This document shows positions 23,401-35,425 of a stretch of 64,000 nucleotides of DNA, one piece after another. The notes under the pieces are model-generated. The model was not told the origin of the DNA, made no database searches, and was given only the letters and a program-made list of their open reading frames with translations. A program made the translations under genes and the position numbers. Origin of the DNA: Podospora anserina (Eukaryota). Every line of letters starts with the position of its first letter. The stretch's first letter is position 1. The stretch spans positions 1,426,001 to 1,490,000 of the forward strand of contig CM030333.1 in assembly GCA_017654855.1 (NCBI GenBank). The letters run 5' to 3'.

Positions 23401-26204
23401 CTGCTGACCATCTTCACTCCCCCTATCACTTTCTTCAGCCGTCGCCTCGTTCTTCAAGAAAGACGTCGCGTTGTCAGTCCCCGGGACAACGCCAAATATA
23501 TCCGAGAAATCCTCGTCCTGCTCGTCCTCGGCAAACTTTGTAATCTCCACTTGCGATCTCGTCCTTCGAACAGGCGGTTCAGGCGGCTGTAACGACGACC
23601 CCGTCGTTGCTGGCGGTCTCGAGGAGTTAGGTCTCCTTATGCTAGCCCCCAAGGGAGATTGCTGGTGTTGAGTGGCCGATCTCGGTGGAGGACTGGTGAG
23701 ATCCGAGGGGTGGAACAGCTGTGGAGCTTCCTATGAAAATCATCGATAGTTAGTCTCTATTTATTGATCTCATCTCCTCAATGTCCACAATAAACATGGT
23801 CATTCTCCTCAGCACAATAGAAAAAACATACCTTGACAACCCCCAATCTCCTGTCAAAAACCCCCTCGTTATCCGCAAACAAATCCGAATAATCATTGTC
23901 CCCCGACTGCTCCCGATACAGCAAATCTGGCCTCGGCGGTAGCTCAAACTTGCCGTTGTTCCCCAACAACTGCTGCTTCGTCGGTGACTTTGACACCCTG
24001 CTATCCCTGCTCCTCTGCCTCCTATGCTTCTCACTCAACCGGTCACTGCTCTTCTTCGGCAGCGGCCGTATCGTCTGCTCCTGCGCATCAAAGCTCTCAG
24101 ACCAGTGCTTTGGCCCTTTGATCGTCAGCAGCTCCCCCTCAAAGTTATCATCCCAGTTTTCCGAGTCCTGGTGGCTGTCAATAGAAGCAAACGCCTTGAG
24201 CCGGTCGCTGGACAACAACCCCCCAAAGTTATCCTGCCCCTTGATATGCGGGAGGTGAAGAGCCGTGGGCGAGATAGCAGACGCAAAGTCGTTGTCCCAG
24301 TTGTCGTCGTCGGGTACCTCTGGTGATCTGAACGCATCAGGAGTAGGTCTCTGCTTCGTCACCAGCGTCAACGGGCCCCTGATATTCGTAGCCAGGTTCG
24401 GCCGCTGGCTGATCGGGCCGTTGCTCTGATCAGACCCAATCGAGACTCTCATGTTGTGCTCCGAAGACCTGAGAGCCTTATTCCACTGCTTAACCTCCTC
24501 AACCGCCTGGTTGAAGTTGGCAGGTGGTCTCGACACCGGAGCGTCCGTCCTCCTGCACCCAATAATCCACGGGTGCTTCATCAGCTTCTTCGCCGTAACC
24601 CTCAAATTCGGATCTTTCTGAAAACAAGCCATAAGAAAGTCCCTCGCAACCTATCCCACCCAAATCATTAGCCCTTCCCCGAAACCTGTCCTACCCCAAA
24701 GAAAAACTCACCGGAGACACCCCCTCAGGCAAAGGAGGGTGATCATCATTAACAATGGCAAACAGCGCCGGCATAGCCGCCAAGTTATGATACGGCGGCT
24801 TCCCCTGCAGCAGCTCAATAACCGTACACCCGACGCTCCAGATATCGCTCGCCGACGTCGCACCCGACAGCTGAATAATCTCTGGCGCCATCCAGTACGG
24901 GGTCCCCACCACCTGAGCCTCCTTGTCGTTCCCCGTCATGAACTGGCTCGTCGAAACGCCAAAGTCGGCCAGCTTGACCGTCCCATCCTTGGTCGTCAGT
25001 ATATTCGCCCCCTTGATGTCCCTGTGAATCACACCCTGGTCGTGCAGATACTGCAAGCCCTGTAGGACCTGAGCCATGTACACTCCCACCAAGTTCTCGG
25101 GAAACTTTCCGTACGCCTTGCAAATCGAATGCAGTGATCCATTTTCGCAGTACCTAAAATACGAGTCAGTCGTCTCCCCATTCCCTCCGTAACAAACCAA
25201 AAACTCACTCAAGGATGATATTCAAGCACTCGGCCGTCTTGACAAACCCGACATACTTGACGATATTCGGATGCTGTACCACCCTTGTCAGCCTTTTCCC
25301 CCTTTCCCCTAACCCCTACCCATGCATCACAACTCACATTGAGATTCTTCAACAAATCGATTTCAACCTGCAGATCAACAACCCATTAGCAAAGCCCCGG
25401 CATTCCCCCAGTCTTGTCCCACCATCACCCCTCTCGGTCCGGTATCTTCTCAGCCAAACCTACCTCAACCATACGCAGCTCACTCTTCGGCACATCCACC
25501 AGCTTGATCTGCTTAACAGCCACCGCCTCCCCGGTCCCCCAATTAAAGGCCTTGTAGACAGATCCGAAAGCTCCCTTTCCGATGCAGTCTCCTAGTCGCT
25601 ACATAGAATTTTGGTCAGCTTATGTCTCATAACCCAGTGAAAACAGTCCGGGGCGGGGTGTGTGTATGCAAAAGTGTGATGTATCAGCCCCAAAACAAAG
25701 AAGAAGAAAAACCCAATCCCAATCCCGCCAAGCCACACACATGCGTATCCTGCACGGGGTATGTATGGCGGACGGTATACTGCACACCCCCTCCATACAT
25801 TCCCCTCCCCTCCCCCACAACACGAAAAAGAAAAGAGGCAGCATGGCTTTCGGGTATCGGGAAATCCCAGTCCATAAAGTGATCGATCCAATCTGATAGG
25901 AAGGGTAGACCTAAAGAAAAAAAAGAAAAACAAACGTCCTCCGGAAGGGGGGGTCAGTGAGACAAAAAAGAAAAAAAAGAAAACCTACATAATCCTTCAA
26001 CCCCGGATCCTGCACCGGCTTCTCCAACCGATAACTCTGCTCCCTCCTCGGCGTCCCCGGTGTCTTGCTGCTGCCCACCACCGCCTGCTGTTGTTGCTGT
26101 TGCTGTAGCTTTCCCCCATTCCCACCGCCTTGATGATATGCCGCCGCCGCCCGGTCCGAACCAGAGGGTCCTATCGGCGGCGGTGGTGGTGGTGGTGGTG
26201 CCAT
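20404..26204 (-). CDS. sepH: Septation initiation network STE-family kinase (SepH / S. pombe Cdc7 / yeast Cdc15 type) with C-terminal helical-repeat region; ~9 exons
   Basis: Spliced kinase domain [18 protein letters not shown]...VAVKQI...|YCENGSL...[10 protein letters not shown]...DFG...GTPYWMAPE...NDDHPPLP, then the conserved [10 protein letters not shown] and LLRLVRNI regions; first in-frame stop is TAG at 20404-20406. Confidence 0.9.
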
Positions 26205-28007
26205 GTCTGGCTGGTGCTGTCACTTTCCCAAACCCTCCTTGTGCCCTTTTCCTCAATTGTAGTAGTTGTCGTCGTGTGGTATTCCTCCTCCAGCAGCAGC
26301 AGCAGGAACCGGCGGTAAGAGGTAAGAGAAGGGTGTCGGTACCCTGATGGTCATATCCCCGCGCCCTCAATCCTCCGCGGGGTATCGATACTGGGCGATG
26401 GGACCGAAACAAATGGATTTTGTTGGAGGGGTAGATACGTCCTCGCAATTCGCCCGTATTTCTCTCGAATCTGGCGGGGAAAAGACGCAGTAAACAGAAC
26501 TATCCTTGAGATTGTTGGAGCCTCGGTTTTGCGGGTTGGGGCTCCGAGCAAGCAAGCAGTAGGTGAACAATCGCTCCCAATATTCACCGTCATCAGCAGC
26601 GGGGCTACCTAAATCAATTCGTTCCTTCGTTCGCTCGTTCGTCGTGAATTCCCCGTCGTCGTCGTCGTCGTCGTCGTTCGTTCGTTCGTTCGTTGTAGTG
26701 AATCAAAGAGAAATTATCCCACCACCTTCCCTGCCCGCTCAGGTAGTTTGGTGTCGGATATCGGACGACGCAGACGCAACAAGCGTTCCCTGTCAGGCTC
26801 CAAGGCCAGTACAACAAAAGAAGAAGAAGAAGAAGAAAGAAAAAAGATTCATGCAATCCCCTCCCCTCAGGTAATAAAAAAAAGCCCCAAGTTTCAAGAA
26901 TGCACCCCAGACAATACTGAAAACCCAGATCGCAAAATCGCGGGGTACTTAAACTAGGTATCACCTCTCTCTCTCTCTCTCTCTCTCTCTCCAGAGTTTC
27001 AACCAAAGAAACAGGAAATCGGAGGTCGAGATCCAGGCCAGGCAGGGCTGGGCTGCAGCCAGCGCGCCCCATGCCCCCCCCCCCCCAGTGGACCGTGCCT
27101 GCAGCAGGGCCAACATTGGCGTGTCACCCACTTTTGTTTAGCGCTCGAGTAAAGTGATAGGTAATGCCGCTACTTTCCATCCTCACCTCAGGGGCAGGGG
27201 TTATGAACTGTAAGGATGACACCTACCTGGGAGAAATGTTAATGTATGTATGTTATAACCAAAAGATTGTGAATAATAGGTTGATACTGGTATGCTATCT
27301 AACCAAGGAATACGTGCCGCCTCTTCTCTTCTTGTTGCTCAGAGTCTCAACAATCCAAGTCTGTGAACATGTTCCCCCCTATCCCATCACAGCTCTCAGA
27401 CTCCCCCCTTCCTTCCCACCGTGCCATCCATCCAGAGGAATTCATCATGAGCCGTGTGTGAGAAAGAGTGCACCACACACACATAAAAGGCGGGGACAAC
27501 CTCATGCACGACACCGTGAAACAAAACAAAACAAGGAATCACGATGGTGAACCCTGGAACAATAATCCATTACATCTGCTGCTGCCTCCTCCAACTCTCA
27601 AGGGCCAGTTGCCCAAAACTACCTCTATGTACAGAGAATATCATACAAGTCATCAATCCACCGTTAACCCTATGTGACTGAGAAACCAACCACCGCTGTG
27701 ATCCTTTCAAAACAATAAAACTAATACAAAGCTGTCGGTGCATCATTATAAGCCATATATTTCCTTCAAAGCCAAGAGTAAACAGCAATACCCACGAGCA
27801 AATGGGATGCACTTTTTTCCATGACAAGCTGCCAGACCGATACCAAAGGGTAATCCCTAAAACCAAAGCCCAGTAACGCCGTAAAATCAAATGTGCCAAT
27901 GACATTCAGAAACGCTTTTGCCGAGAATGAAAAAAAAAATGAAAAAAAAAAAAAATTGAAAAAATTGAAAAAACCAATAGACCGCTTCGAGAAATACACC
28001 CGGTGGC

Positions 28008-29594
28008 TCAGTTGGCCGAGGCCTCGCGGGACAAAGTCCTGCTCAGTCCCACCTCTGCCCACCAGTCGTCTGGAATATCCTCACGTTGAGCAAGGCTGCG
28101 GACGAGCCGCTGCATCACCTCAACTCCACCAAAGACCGAGGGGTCGTCGCTGCTGCTGCCGCTACGCCCGGCAACGTCTGCCCATGACCGTCCGGTGCTA
28201 CGAGCGCGGGGAAGAATAAAATTTCTAATATCATCCTCGAGCTCGTCCTCGTCTGTGTCAGAATTGTCGCATCCCGACGCGAGCTCCACCTCGACGGTCT
28301 GGGGGTTGGTGAAAGAGGTCCTGGAAGAGGCAGCAACGGTGCTCTGTGTCGCAGCCGCCGATGCTGTAGCAGAAGCAAAGGAAGAGCCAACGCTCGGGGG
28401 CTGCGGATCCGGAGCAATCGTGGTCAACAGCGTCTCCCATGCATTGTCGCCATCGGGACTAAGACTTCTGCTACGGTCACCGAGGCCATCAATGCCCGCC
28501 GCACCATGGCCAACAGCCGGGGGAACAAGAAGGGTTGACCCGCTGCGCTGAGCGCGTTCCTGCCGACGGGACTCAACCCATCGACGGCCGGCTGTGTAAG
28601 GATTTGAGGTTTCATCCCCAAAAATGTACGATTCGCCCCGTGTGTTCGAAGCTGGTCTGCTGAAGGGAGGAGCAGCTCCCGCCGGGGATGTAGTGGAGCT
28701 CCGCGACTATGAGAAAGTCAGCAACGATGAACAGGTTTTTATGGCAACCACGACAGCACATACCGGATGATTGGGAGCCTGGGTACTCCGGAGGCTCGAC
28801 ACCATGGGAAGCGGTTCCATACGAGACATGTAACGATCGCGGCGTTGAAAGTTGCTGTAGGCATCCTGTGCAGCTAACTGCGAATCGGTTGGCCGAGGTA
28901 AGATGGGGGAATTGTCGTCATCGGTTTGTGTTTGACTCGGATTCGAGCCGGCGTGCAAGTGAGCCCAGCGCTCACCAAACATGGTGATGACTCGGTCATC
29001 GAGCCCTACGTAGGCGCGACGACGGCCATATCTGGAAGCAGCATCGGTGGGTGGCTCTAGAGCGGGTGACCGGCGCCGTGGTTGCTCAGGATCCCAATGG
29101 GTGTCATTGACAAGGCGGCGACGGTTGGGGTTGGCCCCTGCAACTGGAACTGCTGCTATATGCGCAACAGCAGGAACGGGAGGCGGCTCCAGGGTGGGTG
29201 ATCGGCGGGGTTCCCAGATGGCATCCTCGAGAACGCGGCGGCGGCGCTCGCGGACCTGTTCCCGTGCGTGGTCGCGCGTGCTGTGGTATCCCCGGACAAG
29301 ACGGTGCCGGCGAATGGTCGAGCGCGCTTCTGCCGAACTTTTTTCAGCGGCAGGCTTGGATTGGATGTCCGACTCGACCGGCGCTTGGTACAACCTGATT
29401 GGTGAAGATGCAGGATTAGCTCATTGCTTTGCAAAGCAAAGAAAAAGAATTGCGCCCGCGATACGGGAGTGTCTTGAAGAGGGTGCTGGTGGGCTTGCGC
29501 GATGGCAAACCCCGGAAGTGGGATGGATATGCCGTTGTCCCAGGTACGCGGACAGGGAGGGCTGGCTTCAGGGGCAAACCTACCGGAGACCCAT
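28008..29594 (-). CDS. Conserved fungal hypothetical protein; 3 exons (11-nt first coding exon 29584-29594)
   Basis: MGL|RLYQAPVESD...|...GIDGLGDRSRSLSP..AWETLLTTIAPDPQPPSVGSSFAS...DIPDDWWAEVGLSR; GTAGGT/GTATGT donors with branch points and YAG acceptors. Confidence 0.75.
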
Positions 29595-30185
29595 TCTCTT
29601 CTGATTCTCTGAGCTTTGATGGCGTCGCGTAAGGCGCTCCGGTCAAAATCGAGGCGAAAAAGGTAAGGACGGCAACGGTTGGCTAATTTTCAAAGTGGCC
29701 GTGATGATGCGCCTCGTCAATCGATGGGAACGCGATGTCGGGGGATAATGCGCCAATGTGTCGATGTCGATGTCGATGTTGGGCGTCGCGGGTAATCGGG
29801 CGGAACAACAAGAGGGAGGGAGTTTTACGACCGGCTCGGGGGGGCTGCGTCAAAGTCTAAAGTTGGGCGGGTCATTCCTTTTTGTGGGTGGGGCTGTTTC
29901 TTCTGCTGGTGCACGGGAATGGGGCCCTTGGCGCAGAGCCTGGGCTTAGCCCCCTCTTTAAAGGATAACACTCAGCCAACCCCAGCCACAGTTGTTGTTT
30001 ACTGCACAGATGAAATGCTTCTATCAGTTAGTTCCATGCAAATAACCATACCTTAAGGTCCCTTGCGCCGATCCCGCATCCCGCCCCCCAAGCAAAAAGC
30101 TAAAATCGACAGGCTCCAGCAGTTCCCCATCGCCAATGACCGTTCTTGGCAGACCTCAAAAGCATCCGCGGGCCAATAAACACCA

Positions 30186-30192
30186 TGAGTCA
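30186..30192. promoter_or_regulatory. Candidate CPC-1/Gcn4 site TGAGTCA upstream of FOL3
   Basis: Exact heptamer about 60 bp upstream of the ATG; a single site can arise by chance. Confidence 0.3.
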
Positions 30193-30253
30193 CTCCTGAC
30201 ATCATTCCCTTGTATCACAATATCGATCCGAGCATACCAACGACGACAACACC

Positions 30254-31507
30254 ATGATTGATCTAGGGTTGGCCCGCATTGGCCATCTCATCAAGCACAC
30301 ACCCCAGACGTGGAAGGCCATCCATGTGGCCGGCACCAACGGCAAAGGCTCCATATGCGCCTACATCTCGGCCATGCTCAACGCCAAAGGCATATCATAC
30401 GCCAGGTTCACCTCCCCTCACTTGGTCGACCGGTGGGACTGCATTGCCATCAATGGCAAGCCCGTGTCGGAATCCTTGTTTCTTGAAGTTGAGAAGCAGG
30501 TGAAGCAGAGGGATGTGAGCGAGAACATTGGCGCAAGCGAGTTTGAGCTCCTGACCGCGACTGCCTTTGAGATCTTCAACCGCCAAAAAGTCGAATACGG
30601 AGTTGTCGAAGTTGGTCTTGGTGGCAGGCTAGATGCGACGAATACACTCAAACAGAAATCGGTTACCGTTATTTCCAAGATTGGTCTTGATCACCAGTCT
30701 TTCCTGGGAAACACCATTGAGGAGATTGCACTTCAGAAAGCAGGAATTATCCGCCAGGGCGTACCCTGTGTGGTGGATGGCAGCAACCAGCAGTCAGTTC
30801 TGCAGGTAATAGAACAGCATGCTAAGGAAACAGGGGCATCATTGCAGTTTCCCAACGCGACAGCTGTTGCGGAAGAGCTTGCGAAGTCAGGAGAGACCTT
30901 TGAGCCACACCAAATCCAGAACCTGGCAGCTGCTCATCTGGCCTTCCGTCTGGCTTGCCCAGAGCATGATGCCCCGTTAACAAGTCTTCTGCCCGCTATC
31001 AAGCAGCTCAAATGGCCTGGTCGCCTCCAAAAGATGAGTCTCGAAAACATCACCGGCCGTCAGCAAGACGTGCTCTTAGACGGCGCTCACAACACCCAGT
31101 CAGCTGAGGCACTGTCTGGCTACGTCCAAAGACACCTTCGTTCTTCAGGAAATCCAATAACCTGGGCGCTGGCCGCCACGCAAGGCAAGGATATGAACGG
31201 GATTCTCAGTCTGTTACTCCAACCTGGTGATCAAGTCGTTGCTGTCAGGTTCGAACCTGTGGACGGAATGCCCTGGGTCAAAGCAGCCGATCCCAAGGAG
31301 CTCCTCGACTTGGCCACTCAACATGGTGTCGACCAGTCATCGGTCTACAGCGCCGGAGAGAACGTAAAAGACGCCTTAACCAAAGCATCCGAGATGGCAG
31401 GCGAAAGGCCAGTAGTAATAGCCGGGAGCCTCTACCTCGTGTCCAGTGTCTTGAGGCTCTTGCGTGAGAAGTCTCAAGATTCTAGTGAAAATGCCATCTG
31501 GTCTTGA
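30254..31507 (+). CDS. FOL3: Dihydrofolate synthetase / folylpolyglutamate synthase family
   Basis: MIDLGLARI, IHVAGTNGKGS (P-loop), FTSPHL, EVGLGGRLDATN, WPGRLQ, LDGAHN, GSLYLV. Confidence 0.88.
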   Translation: MIDLGLARIGHLIKHTPQTWKAIHVAGTNGKGSICAYISAMLNAKGISYARFTSPHLVDRWDCIAINGKPVSESLFLEVEKQVKQRDVSENIGASEFELLTATAFEIFNRQKVEYGVVEVGLGGRLDATNTLKQKSVTVISKIGLDHQSFLGNTIEEIALQKAGIIRQGVPCVVDGSNQQSVLQVIEQHAKETGASLQFPNATAVAEELAKSGETFEPHQIQNLAAAHLAFRLACPEHDAPLTSLLPAIKQLKWPGRLQKMSLENITGRQQDVLLDGAHNTQSAEALSGYVQRHLRSSGNPITWALAATQGKDMNGILSLLLQPGDQVVAVRFEPVDGMPWVKAADPKELLDLATQHGVDQSSVYSAGENVKDALTKASEMAGERPVVIAGSLYLVSSVLRLLREKSQDSSENAIWS

Positions 31508-31609
31508 GCGAGATCACATGATTTTAACGCTTGAATACACCCATTCAAAAAGGCGGTCAACTGCTCGTGTTCAAACTGGTTGATAAAACATCCCACCACC
31601 GTCACTGTC

Positions 31610-32419
31610 ATGACAACCCCCAATCACCTCGTCATAGTCTGCGGCCACGGCATCTACCTCGGCGGTCCGCAAAACGGCCATGACGAATCAGAATGGCTCA
31701 TTGAACCATACAAAAAGGGGGAAACGCCCACTTTCATGGCGCATATCAAAGCCGGGGCGGATGTTGTGAATTCTGATCCGAGATCAGTGTTGGTGTTTTC
31801 TGGGTACTTGCCGATCTTACCACATGCTCCCAAGCACTTGTTTTGCTAACAAACCGCCCTCAGAGCCGCAACCCGCCCAGAAACGCACCTCTCCGAGGCA
31901 AAATCCTACTGCAACCTCGCCCTCGACAACAACTACTTCCCCCCGACCCTCGTGGGATCCCGTGTGCTGCTGGAGGAACGAGCCCTCGATTCCTATTTCA
32001 ACATCTTGTTCTCTTTGATCCTCTACTGGCGGCAGCACCCGTCAAATCACTGGCCGGAACGCATCACCGTCGTCTCCCACGAGTTCAAGCGCACTCGTCT
32101 TGTCGACGGCCACTGCGCAGCTGTTGGATTCCCTCTAGACCGGGTAACCTTCCTCGGCATCAACCCCCCCAGCCTCAAAGCCGAAGACCAAGCCAGCAAC
32201 CAGCTCACCCTCGGTCAATGGGAACAAGACCCCCACGGTGCCAGCCTTGACCTCCTCGCCAAAAGGCAAAAGAGAAACATCTGGGGTGTCAGCCAAGCCC
32301 TGTTCCTTGATAAAAACGAAGCCACAAAGGCAGGACTGGAAGGACAAATCAGGACTTCAAAAGACGGCTCTCAAACATTGCTCGACTACAAAGGCTGCAT
32401 CCGTCCCTGGGCTACGTGA
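31610..32419 (+). CDS. Conserved fungal protein, DUF218-like; intron ~31804-31864
   Basis: HLVIVCGHGIY...EWLIEP...TF..HI...LVFSG|AATRPETHLSEAKSY...EERALDSYFNILFS...ITVVSHEFKR.R. Confidence 0.7.
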
Positions 32420-32432
32420 ATACAAAAAAAAT

Positions 32433-33629
32433 TCAAATATTTGGGCTAGGCACAAAACCTTCCCTGCCACTCCTCTGCTCCTCCCTCGTCTCGGGGTTGT
32501 ACCTGTCCTCTCCCGCTCCCATCACCGCCCCGACAATAAACTGCACCGCATCCTTGACCATCTCGCTGCTGAACTCGTGGCCCACCCCAGGGTAAATCCT
32601 ATCATCAACCCAGAATCGCTGTTCCTTATCGAACGATGGGGACGGAGGGTTCACTGCCGCGGATTTGAGCCAGTTCATGAAGGGTTCTGAACACCTGGGT
32701 GGTACCAGCTTGTCCACTCCGCCCGAGCAGACAAGTAGCTTCTTTCCTTGGAGGCGTTCATAAAGGATGGTTTGCCGGATGAGCTCCTGCCTCGTCTGCT
32801 GCGGCTGGTCGGGGACAGGATGCGGGCCGAAGAGGATAGCTTTGGGGTCGTACTGATTGCAAGCCTTGATCAAGCTCGGAGGGAAATCCCTACTCCCCAG
32901 AAAACTCGCCCCGTCATCCTGAGCAGAGTACGTACTCAGCTTTGACAACCTCGCCCGATCGCTCATCAAGTCTGCACACACATCCCTTGTCAGCATACCT
33001 CTCAGAATCGCAGATTGGATGGGGGGAAACATACTCATAAAATCCGGACACCCAATCACACAAACCCCCGCCCTCACCCTCCTATCCGCAAACATCAGCT
33101 CCCAAACACTATGCCCCCCCAAACTAACCCCCAACCCCAGATGCTGATCCACCCTCTTCTCCCCCCTCGGCCACAAGCACCCCTCCACAACGTCAATCAA
33201 CAACCCCTGATCCACCACCATCCCCCTTATCCCACCAAACATATCCACCGCATGATTCTCGTTCCCCTCCCTCCAGCTCCCATTCACCCTGTCATCCACC
33301 AACCTCGTCCCGTGATTCCTCTGGTCATACGCAATGGCTATCAACCCCCTCCTCTCCGTTTGGGGTGTATTATGGGGGGAATGCGTATTCTGATGATGAG
33401 AAAAACTGTTCCAAGCAGCGATACAACGAGAGGCGATATCCCTCATCGACTCCTTATTCCTTGTGCGCTGGTGGTGAAGCCAGAGGATGGAGACGTGGTG
33501 CACAGAGGGAGAGAGCTCGGCCAGGCCGTAGATGTCGACTTGGAGGCCGGTGATGGGGCGGGTGGTGACTGAGATGAAGGGGCAGGGCGGCAAGCCGGAC
33601 GTGTTCTGGTTCCCGGAGTTGTTGGACAT
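32433..33629 (-). CDS. Alpha/beta-hydrolase fold protein; in-frame intron ~32972-33034
   Basis: DQRNHG, nucleophile elbow GVSLGG, D in GVDKLVP and H in GVGHEF give a full Ser-Asp-His triad. Confidence 0.8.
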   Translation of the reverse strand: MSNNSGNQNTSGLPPCPFISVTTRPITGLQVDIYGLAELSPSVHHVSILWLHHQRTRNKESMRDIASRCIAAWNSFSHHQNTHSPHNTPQTERRGLIAIAYDQRNHGTRLVDDRVNGSWREGNENHAVDMFGGIRGMVVDQGLLIDVVEGCLWPRGEKRVDQHLGLGVSLGGHSVWELMFADRRVRAGVCVIGCPDFMSMFPPIQSAILRGMLTRDVCADLMSDRARLSKLSTYSAQDDGASFLGSRDFPPSLIKACNQYDPKAILFGPHPVPDQPQQTRQELIRQTILYERLQGKKLLVCSGGVDKLVPPRCSEPFMNWLKSAAVNPPSPSFDKEQRFWVDDRIYPGVGHEFSSEMVKDAVQFIVGAVMGAGEDRYNPETREEQRSGREGFVPSPNI

Positions 33630-35425
33630 CTTCGAGGTTGTTGTCTCACGTGAACTGGATATCGTAGGGATTATGAGATGGGGTGGGAGGGTGTAAAAAA
33701 ATAAGAAAAATAAAAAGGGGATGTAAGACAGGGGAAGACGCGTGTAACAACTCTCGATTGAATGAGAAAGGGATGTACTAATAATAAGCTTTGGCGGGTT
33801 TATGGTTTATGTGAGTTCCTCATCCTGCATGGGATGAACGAACGAACGGTCGGGTCGTCGTCAATGAACAAACTACCTCGGCGCTACGGGTAACGATAAG
33901 AATAGCTCCCGATAAGAATGTTATTTCCTACCCCGCGTTTTTCCAACTTCCTACCTACCTTTGTGGGGCCCGACAAACCTGGCCGGGTGGACCCTCCTCT
34001 TCCCGCTTGGTTCCCGGGCCGAGTTCAATTCCGCCCCCGAACGACGGATAGGTACATCCCGACAAGGCTGTCGTAGATCGTAAGATCCCATCTTCTTGAA
34101 CTGACAACACGACCAAAAACGGCCATGCTAATTTTACACTTCTTTCTCGCCCTATTCTCCAAAATGTGTAAAAAAAAAAAAAAAACTCACCAGCCAGCCT
34201 AGAAGTGGCAATATCATCTGATCCAATACACGTATGGCTCTTCTGCCTGTTGGAAAGACACTCGCAAGAAAAGATTTATCAGCCCGTCAGAGTCACACAG
34301 GCCATCCGTCAGTCAGTTGCAGTCATCAGCACAAGTCCTCAACATACCTACCTACCTACCTACCTATCTACCTAGCCTTAGCCACCAACCCCTCCATGCC
34401 TCAGGCACATCTACATCTCTAGTTCCCCCCTTCCAAAAAAGATCTGCAGTTCCCGTGCCCCTGGAACGGCGCGCGCTGCAGGCAGGCAGCAGGGATCACC
34501 ATTCACACATCTTCTGCCCAAGAACAGGGGCGTACGTCAACCCGATGATGTGGACGACCCCGTCATTTTTAAAACAAAGCCACCCTACATGAAACAAAAA
34601 TAACCAGCAACCTGATACGTGCGTATCTTGACAAAGTATTCTCACATCGTGTTTGTACATGAGGCTATCTACCAGTGATTATCGTGTTCCATCTAGCGTC
34701 GTCCACGCTTATGGCCAAAGAGCAATCACCACCAACAACTCCGCCTCTTTCAACTGACAGAATACACTACTACATCCTTTTCCTCTTCCATACAGTGAAC
34801 AATAAGAACAAAGCAGGGTTTGAAGCGCAGTACAGATAAACAGCCCATGACCATAGGTCCATCTGAAAAAACGCCCGTTCTCTCCGTTTAACCCCATGTA
34901 AAACCCCGTGTAAAAGTTTCCAGTCTTGTGACCGTTTCTTGCCTATCACTGCCACCCAACCAAACCCAGACGCCCTAAAAGGAACATTGTATAGACCCAG
35001 CAGGAAATGCGATGTCGCTCAAGCCATATCGTTACATTAAAAAGAAATAGCAAAAAGAGTAAACGAAAAAAAGAAACAAAAAAATAAAGATGGAAAAAAA
35101 AAGACCAAACTCCTCCATATGCAATGCGTTCTCGTTGATGGTCGACCTGTCCGTGACCACAAAGAGATGGGAATCGTAACCGGTAAAAATGCCCAGGCCA
35201 AACTCGAACAGCCAAGCTCCTTGATAAAAATAGAGCCGTGAAAAAAAAAAGAAAAAAAAAAGGGAACACAAAAGAATGATGTATGTGCTGTTCCCTCGTC
35301 TAAGCAGAATACAGATAATGCTCGTCGCCGTCGATTTGGTTGCCGTATTGATAATCGTCCAGATCAGGGTAGCCGGGCGTGGAGATGCGAGGATCGAGAT
35401 AAGCTATATTGTCGTCTTCTGTTCC

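Noticed and set aside
33894-33919. Direct repeat CGATAAGAAT x2 (GATA sites) upstream of the alpha/beta hydrolase
   Set aside because: Could be an AreA/NIT2-type site pair, but GATA motifs are too common to support a call from sequence alone.
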